Below are positions 52,890 to 64,000 of a stretch of DNA of 64,000 nucleotides, in pieces. Under the pieces are notes generated by a model that was given only the letters and a program-made list of their open reading frames with translations, was not told the DNA's origin and searched no databases. Origin of the DNA: Octopus bimaculoides (lineage: Eukaryota); contig NC_068984.1 in NCBI RefSeq assembly GCF_001194135.2, forward strand, positions 120,889,550 to 120,953,549. Reading direction: 5' to 3'. The position numbers were made by a program, and so were the translations under genes. The stretch's first letter is position 1. The number at the start of each line of letters is the position of its first letter.

Positions 52890-53729
52890 TAATTAACTAT
52901 ACATTATTTTTTGTGTTCTTTTTCTTTTTCTGGAACAATAGCTAAGTGGGGCCCACCACCATCAACAGTTTATGGAATGGTCATCGAGGGTAACTTGTTT
53001 CAAAGCAATGCTTCTAAAATAACAATTCCTTACAGAAGAAATAATATTACTTACGTTTCTCAATTCTAAATATATAAATTCCATTAAAAAATTTAGTCAA
53101 TTCTAACATTATATTTTATTTAAAAGCAAACGTAATTACTCACTGAAAGTAAACTAAAATGGGTAATGGATGCTGGTAAATTAACCATATTCGAAAAGAT
53201 ATAAACTGTAATTCTATTAAACTTCAATTAACAGAGTAACATTTAAATACTATTAACAATTCTATACATACATACATATATACATACATAAATACATATG
53301 TCAGTGTATTTTTGTGTCGGACGCAACTCCACCAATCAAACAAAACGGGCGTTATATCAGAATGGTAGTTTATGCAATCGATAATTTGAGACGGGTAAAA
53401 TAACTACCATTTTGATTAAGATCAAGTGTACTATGTTAGACTTAGAGCTGTGTGGGCAGTGTCCCTGAAAAATTGCTGTGAAACAACTGAAATCAATAAA
53501 GCAAGAGAAATTCTTTAAAATTAATGTATAATGAATTCTAATGAAATAAGAAGTTGCTAGGATAGCTTTTGAAATTGTTTTGAGAGCTTATCAAGAGATA
53601 TAAAATGATGAAAATAAGAGATGAACTAAGACCATAAGCCAGTTTCGTTCCATACCTGATCGTCTTTCAATCTTATTTTTCCTTTCAATATTTGACATAT
53701 GTCAGAACCATTAAGTCATTGGAGGAAGT

Positions 53730-53903
53730 ATCGTGCGGCCATTCCTTTGGTTTGTTACATCTGAGTTCGTATTCCACCGCGGTCAAATTTGCCATACATA
53801 CTTTCGCGAATTGATGAAATGAAGTAGCAGTGACGTTTTGGGATCGATGAAATCGTCTATCCCACTCCTATTAAAACTGCTAGTTTTACCTAAATTAGAA
53901 ACA
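53730..53903 (+). mobile_element. Old SINE family A copy
   Basis: ctgagttcgtattccaccgcggtcaaatttgcc...gggatcgatgaaatcg. Confidence 0.55.
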
Positions 53904-54900
53904 ACAGTTAAGAAAACAATCGATTAGTTGTTAAGTGTCTTTGATCGGATTGTGAAGATTGTAGGTGGCAGGTTTGACTTGATAAACTGTCCACCGAATA
54001 GTTAACAGCTCGAATCCTTTCACTATTGTACATTATATCTATGGCTAAAACATATATTTTTGAAATGTTCTAGTCCTCTTAGCATAAAATATTTACCGCG
54101 ACTGCGGTAGCGCATTAATCTTAGCACTGGAAATATTACAACATTAGCCATTGTTTTTTATTCTTTCAGAGCTAAGATCAAATCGTGCTTAGACGGGAAT
54201 CGGATGTATCTAGCTAACACACTTATACATACATAACATAAAATAAATCTCCTTGTCCGGCATCATTACTATTTAATGAAAAGTAGGATTCATTTCCAGT
54301 TAAATTAAGTTTGGAAATAGTGTAAATTATTGAAGTAAACTAAAATGATAGATAAAATAAATGTAGTTCAGTAATGAAATTAACAATATATTTTCGTTTA
54401 AAGCTTTAAGGGATATTCCACAAGTAAAGAATTTTAGTGAGAATTTTATCAAGCTTAAAATAGCATATGTCGCAATTGGGGAATATTAGACGAATTTAAT
54501 AAACTATAATTTATATGAGAGTGAAATATGAAGTAGCGTTAAGGAACGTAAACTAAAATATAGATAAGGAAGGAAGAAACTAAAAATAGCAGTCATTCTG
54601 ACGTATTGAATATGTCAGTCTTACGCAAGACACTATTTTACAGTAAATTGATGTTATCTGAAATATGGTAGTTGACTTTTCTTTTAACACTTCATTTCTG
54701 CCACTTAGAAAGTGAAAGTAAAGCGACCGACTGTCATTATTTCTCTGTTTTATGTGTTAACCTTAATTAGCTTCAAGTCTTCCTTTCACACATCAAAGAA
54801 GGACAGTACCAAATAGTTTATGCCTCAGTATCCACTAGCCAATTCTCCCTGTAGAAAATTGTTTGCAGTGGATTTTTTTAGGCAATAATAACACATCACA

Positions 54901-55103
54901 AGGTGTTGAATCATTACCGTGTCAGTATTTCGCCTGTCTTTACGTTCTGAGTAAAAATTCTGTCGAGAATTGCTTTACATTTCAACCATCAGTGGGAGGA
55001 TGGGTCAATAAAATAATAACCAGTTGAGTAGTGGTGCCGATATAGTTGACATAATCGCTCCTCCGATATTTCTGGCCTTGTGCCAAAATTTGAAACTAAT
55101 ATT
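54901..55103 (+). mobile_element. Old SINE family A copy
   Basis: gtatttcgcctgtctttacgttctgagtaaaaattc...ctggccttgtgccaaaatttgaaactaatatt. Confidence 0.7.
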
Positions 55104-56090
55104 AACACATCAGAATGTGAATGGCTAAAAAAAACAGCATGCTCAACTACCATGTCGTTGCTGAATCTATCTTATGCTAGGTATTCAAATATACCGTCAA
55201 TACTCTATGTATTGGAATCCACCGTAGAGAAAGGAGCTTACATCTTTAAACGCATGTATATATACATGCATAAATATGCATACTCGCACACACAAACACA
55301 CTCACACACACACACAAACACACACACAAACACACACACATATAAATACATATACATTGCACATACATACATGTATCCGTGAATGTGTGTGTGTAAATAA
55401 GAGTATGAACCTGCATTGTATTAAATAGAACAAAGTTATTTTATTTCAAGAAACTTTTTAATGAGTTTATATAAATCTTGGTTAGTTGTAAAATACATTA
55501 AGGAGATATGCGTGCAAATGTTTATCAAACACAGAAAAAAGTATTAGGAACATAATTATAATTAAGTTAGTATAGTTAAGACCAATTCTTTAATCAGTGT
55601 TAAAATTAGTGTTTTTAACCTCTTTACTCTTGGGGAGACCTTAAGATACTCTCTGTATTTCAGGAACACTCTCATAAAAAGTGTTATATATCTTTACTAA
55701 TTTCTTCTTTGTCTTTAATTAAGTTAACGCTCATAAGAAAAGGAGCAAATTATAAAACTATCTTTGAAAGATTTGGCAGTGATAAATCCGTCAGATGCTA
55801 TTAAAATGGTTTGAAATATTTCGTCTTAATTAAGAACACGTTGAAAACCAAATGCCGCTGCAGTGTTAGGGGTATTCGATCTAAATAAATGTAGCAGCAT
55901 TATATTCGATCTTGAATTTAGCAGCGTTTCCCAACCACGGTTGGGAAACATTGCTATAAATACGTCAATGTCATATAAATATACTTTCTTTTCATTAAAA
56001 AAATTATTATGACATCAATAAATCTTACTAATATTCAATTAAGAAGTTTAGATATGAAACGTCTATCATAAAGAAACGTACAAATATACG

Positions 56091-56160
<70 letters not shown>

Positions 56161-56165
56161 CACAC
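56091..56165. repeat. (AC)n microsatellite
   Basis: Direct reading. Confidence 0.95.
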
Positions 56166-56767
56166 ATATATATTTTAATAGATACTCATACCGAAGTTGA
56201 AAACATGAAAGTTCTCCGTCTACAAGAATGGCTTGATATTTTCAGGAAATAATCTTAAAGATTTCAGTATATGTTTTGAGACAGTTAATAATGTGGTAAA
56301 ACAAAATTGAGTTTAAAGATATGGTAAAGATCCAGACTTATTGCATAGCTATTATTTAGTTTTGTCTCTGTATTGTCTGATCATGTGATCTACCAAGATT
56401 CATTTTATCTGTCATTTCTTGATAAAACAAGCAGTACTAATACACTGATTTTAATGAAATTGATTATAGTTTCTTTCTTGATAGAGAAAAATCCTTGATT
56501 AATTTTTAAAAATGAAATCGAAGTAATCAGCATTAACTATTTATCAGTATTAATATGTGAAATGTAAGGCTGATATTTTTTAACTATACTGCATCTGCAA
56601 TATATATCTACAACATTCTTTGTTTTGCTCAATACTTTATTTCAGAATAATTTTTTTAAATTAAGTTAAAAAAAAAGAAACCTCACTAATATTCTAATAA
56701 TATACTTTTGCTCGGAATTAATTCTACACCTACTTAAATCTAAAGATGGAACTTAAAAAGTCAGATA

Positions 56768-57588
56768 CAAGGTGCATTCTAGAAGGTTTTAGACATTTTC
56801 AAATGAGACATTTACTAATTTCAAAGAATTATAAAACTCGAAAATTTTCCAAAGTAGAGTTTTCCAGCCATTTCATGAAGGCCCCATAGAGGTTATCAAA
56901 ATGAAAGTGTCCAGGACCCTGTCACAAACTCCTTCGTCTTCAGCTTGGGGAGCAACCAAAAGTCACAGGGAGAAAGGTGTGAATTATGGGAAGGGTGAGA
57001 GACGGTTTTGATACCCATCTCTGTCAAGTAGTTGGCTACCAGGTTGGAATTGTGGACCAGTGTATTGTCCTGGTGCAGGTGCTTTCGCCTTTTGCAACGA
57101 AATCTCTGTCTGAATTCCCTCAAAACCATCACGAAGCATGCTTTGTTGACTGTCCGGCCAGAGAGAACCCAGTGAATATAGATGATGAACTTGCTGTCGA
57201 AGAAAGGGATCATCATGAGCTTCCTGGTAGAATTATTTTGCTTGGCCTCATCTGCCAGCGGAAAACAAAAGTGTTTGTTTCATAAAAGTTAATCTATAAA
57301 CAGTCTGGAGCATGTCATAAGTTTCTGTAGCATTTTTGCCAAGCTCAGCACAAAACGTAATTGCACAGTGAGCTTCGAAATTATCTCCCCCTAACTGCGT
57401 TCTGAAAATTAGCCAGCTGTAACAAGTAGTGTTTGATAGGGTGTGCTCAAAGGGTTGTTGCAGTCATCTCTTTCAATCTGGAATAAAAAAAAAAAGATGC
57501 ATAGTAATGATATACTACAATTACAATAATCTAGGACAGTTATAACAGCCTTTTCTAAAAAGTCTGGAAAGTTCTGGAATGCATCTTG
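56768..57588 (-). pseudogene. 821-bp internally deleted mariner (DD34D-type) element
   Basis: TA at 56766-56767 and 57589-57590; TIRs caaggtgcattctagaa / ttctggaatgcatcttg. ORF 56896-57216 has MMIPFFD, HQDN and HPSHNSHLSPCDFWLLPKLK (HDNA / YSPDLAPCDF motifs). Confidence 0.9.
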
Positions 57589-57769
57589 TATCTAAGCGAC
57601 TTATTCCATGGAACGATTTACTAAAATTGAAGTAAATCACGAAACGAATTATTTTTAACATGTATAAGACAACTGATATTCTTTACTTATTAAAACTAAC
57701 CTTCCTGGCAAGTTTCAGTATATACATAGATACATACATAGATACATACATATATACATATATACATAC

Positions 57770-57819
<50 letters not shown>

Positions 57820-58890
57820 ATATATATATATACTGGCTTCAATCCGCTCCGTATAATTTCTGCTCGACAAAGTGTTGATCTTGTGGATAGAGAAGAGAAA
57901 TCTATATTGGATATTTACTGCTTTTCCCTGATCAAAAATTCTACCTCCCACAGCGATAGAAGTATTGCTTTCATACTTTCTTATATGTATTTTCTGTTAG
58001 AAACACGGTATTTCCCAACTCTAACCTAATGTATATCTTATCATATAATGTGAATTTTATGAGTCTAAATGTTTCCATGGACGCTTTTCTTATATGTCCT
58101 TTCTTCAAACTCATATATGAATACATATTACTTCTTGCGTGAAATAAATAGACAATTTATAATCCACCCCCTCCCTTCTTTTAGCTACCGGTGGTTTTCA
58201 TAGCTTTGTTTTAGACGAATAATAATTTGGATAGATAACAGATTAGATATAAACCATATGATAAACAGTGTATTTTTAAGGGCACATATTATGTGTTATT
58301 CTTAAGCAACGGGAACAACAGAATATTAACTGATAGGAATTAATACCTTTGTCTTACATTCCACATTGACAAATGTAATTATATATATATANNNNNNNNN
58401 NNNNNNNNNNNNNNNNNNNNNNNNNNNNNNNNNNNNNNNNNNNNNNNNNNNNNNNNNNNNNNNNNNNNNNNNNNNNNNNNNNNNNNNNNNNNNNNNNNNN
58501 NNNNNNNNNNNNNNNNNNNNNNNNNNNNNNNNNNNNNNNNNNNNNNNNNNNNNNNNNNNNNNNNNNNNNNNNNNNNNNNNNNNNNNNNNNNNNNNNNNNN
58601 NNNNNNNNNNNNNNNNNNNNNNNNNNNNNNNNNNNNNNNNNNNNNNNNNNNNNNNNNNNNNNNNNNNNNNNNNNNNNNNNNNNNNNNNNNNNNNNNNNNN
58701 NNNNNNNNNNNNNNNNNNNNNNNNNNNNNNNNNNNNNNNNNNNNNNNNNNNNNNNNNNNNNNNTTCTACCTTGACTTTTTTCCACATATATTCATATATA
58801 TATATATATATAAATATACCGGAGTAAGCACATGAAATGTGCAACAAGGTGGAAAAAAAAGTACTCAAATACCAGAGGTAGAGTAATATG

Positions 58891-58977
58891 CTTTATTTAA
58901 AAGCAGCAGAAATATAACGAAAAAACCCGTTACTCTAACGGTTTTTTTCGTTATATTTCTGCTGCTTTTAAATAAAG
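58891..58977. repeat. Near-perfect palindrome: 42-bp arms, 3-nt loop
   Basis: Arms 58891-58932 and 58936-58977 are complementary except for one mismatch. Confidence 0.95.
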
Positions 58978-59008
<31 letters not shown>

Positions 59009-60609
59009 TAATATAAGTGTGTGTGTATATTGTTGCTGCTACGGATTTTATCATTCTTTGATTGTCCAATCAAGTAAACGGAGCAGTATCACAGAGCAAC
59101 GTTTACATGTCAAACGTTATGGATAAATTATTCGACATGGTGCGTATGATAGAATATTAGTAGGTAGTTTTTATAAAAAAACAAACGATCAAAAAATTAA
59201 TATCAATTTCAAAACATATACGCAGTTGTTTGTATGTACGTAGGTGTACAATGTGTATGTTTGACAAATGTTTGCCGTATCATTTCTTTATTTCATTTCA
59301 TATATTATAATATTTCATTTCTTCACATTTATAAATACTACCCACTTTGTTCTGACATAGGCAACGCCTGTATCCAGAATATTTACTCTTCACACTGTGC
59401 TCTGTTATACAGCCTTATTTAGGTAATTATGCATGCATACATACATACATACATACATACATACATACATACATACATAGGCTCAATGGTCTCTTCTGAA
59501 TATGTCTCCATCAGTTTAGTAATTTTCTTCACCTATTGAAACATCTCAAGTCTTAAGTTATTGAAAATGTTGAATATTAGGAAATATTGGCTTATTTATA
59601 AGAAGAATCCTTCTTCTGTATTGTCCTGCTGCTATGTCTTCTAATAGAAACATATTTGATTTTATTGAATTTTTTCTTAGAATTGATTTATTAAAAAATA
59701 TTTAAAAAAGACATCAATTCACAACCCACTAGATTTTAGAAGAAAAAATACGTTCTTTTTAATCTTAGCCACAGTGTTTTACTGTTCTGATTATCTATTG
59801 CAAACATTTTTCCATATTCTTGGGTTCCTACGCACACATTCTCATTAATTCCTTTGCTGTTGAGCGCATTGATGATGAATAGACAAAGTAAACATTGTAA
59901 AAAGTGAAAAAAACTTGTACGTAGATATATGCTAGCTTACTGTATGTTAACTAGACACAGTGATGAGGCTAAGTCACAGCGGGAAAGATGTTTAGAATTA
60001 AAGTGGTTGAAATAGAGAAGCGGGAGGCGAAACGCGGCGAATAAAAAGAAAAGAAAGAAGTTGAAGAAATTAAGTGAAACTGGCAAGAGAACGAGATGAG
60101 ATGAAACGGAAACCGAATTCTACTGAAAACCCCAAAATACAACCACGGTGAAAGATTTTTTGATTGAAATTTGTCATTTTTATTATTTGATACGTGATCC
60201 CTACCCTTAAACCGGAAAATAAAGCATCTCGGTGAGATTAATACAATTAATATTTAGTTTGAAAATGCGAACGTATATAGTTGAGAAGAAATATCAGCTG
60301 ATAGACTTTCAAGAGCGACGGTTTTAGGAAGAAATGTTTCGTCAAAGTTGTTAGTTCAGCGTACATGGCTTATAAAAGAGATTCAGAACCAAAATCGAGT
60401 TTGGAGTAATTTGGAATTATTTTTCTTCGTTTGTGTTTCCTTTATTAGAGATCTTTGCCTAAATTTGACGAACACAGATACCCTACGCTCGCGCACGCAC
60501 ACACACACACACACACGCATACACGCACATATAGACACATATGCACATGTATGCCTGCATGTGTATAGATATACATGTGCCTATACACACACATATACAT
60601 ATGTGTGTG

Positions 60610-60727
<118 letters not shown>

Positions 60728-60950
60728 GTGATTTAGTTCACGTGTGATCTAAATTAATAGGTACGCTGAGTAAGTGCTATAGTTGGTCGTCTTTTAGGTT
60801 CCAAGTTCCCACCTGAGGCCAGATCTAGTGATCCGTATTAGGGCTCCGTTATAGCAGGTATATATTATATTAGAGGAAAAAGCAAAACTAAGGCAGAACG
60901 AGTATCTCAAGTCATTTAGAATAATTCAATTAGGGTATGGTGAATTTGAA

Positions 60951-61026
60951 GTCTTTCAGCCGTTTCTGGGATAACCCAAGTGGTTGGTTCGCATGTCCGT
61001 GCACTGGGTATTCTGTCATCAGAGAC
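60951..61026 (-). ncRNA. Type-I hammerhead ribozyme motif with long stem II (Penelope-like), mutated cleavage triplet
   Basis: GTCT-CTGATGA-cagaatACCCAGTG-(19-nt loop)-CACTTGGGTtatccca-GAAAC-ggct-GAA-AGAC. Stem I GTCT/AGAC is perfect; GAA stands where GUA is required. Confidence 0.7.
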
Positions 61027-61407
61027 GTGGTATGAATATTTTAGACACGGAAAATTTAAAGTTTACAGGAGTAGAAAAGATTCACATTTTATAAGGAATG
61101 GAATAGAAGAATGAAGGAATAAACAGAATATAGGGTAAAGGTAGAACACGGGTGAGGGGGGAGAATAAGCAAAATGTAAGTTAGTACTAGAGCGCAGAAT
61201 GTTCCTGAAGGTCGGCAATGGTCTTCCTCGGTCACGAGTGGACGGCCACCATGTATGTATGTATGTGTGTATGTAAAGTGATCAAATATCACTCCGGTGA
61301 CCAATGTGGAGCAGCTCATCCATAAAAAAAATAATAAATAAAATAAAATAATATATATAAAAAGATAAAAAATAATATAAAAAATAATATATATATATAT
61401 AAAATTA

Positions 61408-61680
61408 AAATTGGCTGGCCTCAAATCTCACCTGCAAACCCATGGAAAACAAATTTCAACCAGTTATTCTGGTTATATGTCTGTGCACACATTTGAATGT
61501 GGTGTGTGCCAGAGGGTTTGCAAATCCAATGGAGGTCTTAAAAGACATGTTAGGATCCACAATGATGTGGTTTAAAAAGCCACATCAGACGCCATGAAAG
61601 GGCTAAAGTGTAGGTGCAGGAGGTGGTCAAACTCTGTGTAAGGAGTAGACAACCACCACCATGTATGTATACATGTATGT
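61408..61680 (+). pseudogene. Probable RTE-type LINE 3' end with two C2H2 zinc-finger remnants and (ATGT)n tail
   Basis: KLAGLKSHLQTH...FECGVCQRVCKSNGGLKRHVRIHNDVV* (61408-61575), 85-nt 3' UTR ending caaccaccacc, then an atgt repeat. No TGEKP linker. Confidence 0.65.
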
Positions 61681-62432
61681 ATGTACGTATGTGCAGAAAA
61701 TAAGGACTCTTTGAGAAAGGAAAGGAAGGCTAAGGAAAATATATCCAAGTCTCTGAAAACTGCGAGGAATAAAACTACATTGTCTATGGTTTTTCATTTT
61801 ATTATTGCTGTCATCTGCACGTTTCATTATTATCTTGCTTGCAACTGTATGCTATTAATTACCTTAAAACTATGAGAATCTGGAAAATGTCAAAATTTTC
61901 TTGGATTAGATAAGATATACTACACCCACTTATAGATTACCACAATTTATATTCTGATAAAATACTAAACCCACTAATTTGAGAGTACACTGCTCGTAAA
62001 TTTTCATTCTTATTATTTTTAAAATGGTCTTTCTCGTATCTTAAAAACATCAAAATTTTCTCGTATTTTTATTGATGTACTTTTTTTTTAATTTCATGTT
62101 ACATTTTATGTACTTTTTTGCACTTCTTTAATCAGAAAGGGAACTGTCAATTTGAAACTTTTCTATAAGATAAATTCAATGAGTGAATAGAATACAGGTT
62201 CCATAAAACTATTCTTAGTTAGCCTCACAAGTATTATCGTCTGACAAAAGTACTTGCTTTTATTGTTTATGATACCTAATCTAAAGAATAATAGTTTTTC
62301 CTTCACTACATATTCAGAATTCAAATTGACAAAGAGATCTCCTGAAAACGAACAAAGTTGAATATTTCTCAGATAACTGAAGCATAGATAGATGTTCTCA
62401 TGTTACTCTGCTTTGATATTAATCTCATTCAA

Positions 62433-62650
62433 GGCGGAAATCTGGCGGAATCATTAGCACGCCGGGCGAAATGCTTAGCGGCATTTCGTCCATCCTTATG
62501 TTCTGATTTCAAATACCGCCAGGGTTAACTTTGCTTTTCATCCCTTTAGGGAGGTCGACAACAGAAGTGCCAGTTGAGTGCTGGAGTCGATGTAATCGAC
62601 TTAGCCCCTCCCCTCAAAAACTGCTGACCTTGTGCCAAAATTTGAAACTG
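62433..62650 (+). mobile_element. SINE family A with 17-bp TSD (1 mismatch)
   Basis: tgatattaatctcattc (62414-62430) versus tgatattaatcacattc (62649-62665); full head, core and tail. Confidence 0.9.
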
Positions 62651-64000
62651 ATATTAATCACATTCTTTCTTACTCATGTATAAACAACAGTCACAACATT
62701 TGCTGGACCAGCCATGCATATTGAAGCAAAAGGTAAACATGCAATGCAGATGATTTTCTTAATAAGAAGTACTGTATCCAATCAGTGTTGAATGTTAAAA
62801 GGCATCTATTCAATAATGAAGCAATTATCAGTTGACTTCAAGTTAGTTTGTTAGTTTGACGTTATCCATAATCAATTTTTTTTTAATACATGTAAACCTA
62901 CGTGAGCTTGTGTGTGCGAAAATATGTACATATAAAAGCAGCCTCGCTGTCATTACTTATTTTACAGGAATCTGCATTAAATCTGACATGTAGATATACA
63001 TACGTACATACATACAGGCAAGGCACACATATGTACACTCACAAACACACACACATACACACGCGTGCACGCACACGCACAAATACATACATACACACGC
63101 GCGCGCGCGTGCGCACACACACACTCATTATATGTTAGTAGTTGTAGGAATAATTGCAGGAAATTAATTATTACTCTCATCCACCTAAGTGACGCAAAAG
63201 AAATAATATTTAAAAAATATAGTAAAATTTATGCAGTTTAGAGTCACATTTCAAAAATCACTGTTTTGTTGAATTTTAATTTTATTGTATAACACAGATT
63301 TAAGACAAAATGTTTTAGAAAATCATTTTCTTAACATTTATGATTCGTATTGCCTCATTGAAAAGGAGAATGAAACAACGAATAAATAACATCGTTGCAA
63401 AATACGCTCAGCCAAATTTCTAAAGTACATTCTTTCCTATCATTTTTTTTTTTCTGTTGACCAGTTTCCGGAAGTGGTAAAGGCCAACAAACTCGCACAG
63501 ATACTCGTGGTAATTGATAATATTTTCGCATTTATTATTTCTGTCCATGCACAACTAAGAAAAAACATGGACATTGCACATAATATCACATTATTTCTTA
63601 ACCACGAATTTAAATTTTATATTCTATTCTAAATATAACAGCACAGTACTAATTCTCGTATAAGCACTATTATCACGTATAATGAGTTACAAGCATTTGT
63701 GAAAACCATAAATCATATTTGTATGAGTATGTCTGCGTCTTTGAACATCAGATATTATACTGCACCAGCAGTAGCTATAGCTACAAATGCATGAAACAAC
63801 AGACCTGCTTAATGCACCAAGTCAATAGATAAAATCATCAATCAAATTATTTTTCGCATTTAAAGTATTTCAACAATCATACAGTATTTACTTCAAGGCT
63901 ACAATTTACGTCTACACTCGAGGAAAATGTTTTAAATATTTAAGGATATATGAGTAACATTAAAAGTAATTAAATTTTTGATCATTTAATCAGAAAAAGT

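Noticed and set aside
59960-59995. gtgatgaggct...agcgggaaagatg, hammerhead-like
   Set aside because: C3 is missing, the closing pair is broken, and there is no valid stem III or NUH.

Overview
AT-rich, microsatellite-dense eukaryotic draft-assembly DNA with 12 N-gaps. The repeat content suggests a coleoid cephalopod, probably Octopus (inference from tRNA-derived SINE families, not a database match). Most of the window is intronic or intergenic. Host coding sequence: a plus-strand von Willebrand factor A (VWA) domain exon (5828-6266) and a phase-compatible 54-nt exon (6865-6918), plus one or two candidate minus-strand exons of an unidentified gene near 52 kb. Mobile DNA: two tRNA-derived SINE families (a Meta-domain-like family with more than 12 copies, including a tandem multimer, and a CORE-like family), a CR1/L2-group LINE 3' half, RTE 3' fragments, a Helitron 3' end, a Tc1 fossil, several mariner fossils and two hAT-type non-autonomous elements with exact 8-bp TSDs. 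Highlights: three decayed type-I hammerhead ribozyme motifs of the Penelope-like kind, a LINE 3' UTR matching the tail of one SINE family, a head-to-tail SINE array with a dedicated linker, a possible recursive splice site and several long palindromes. I found no clearly new biological system; most signals are unusual instances of known element classes.
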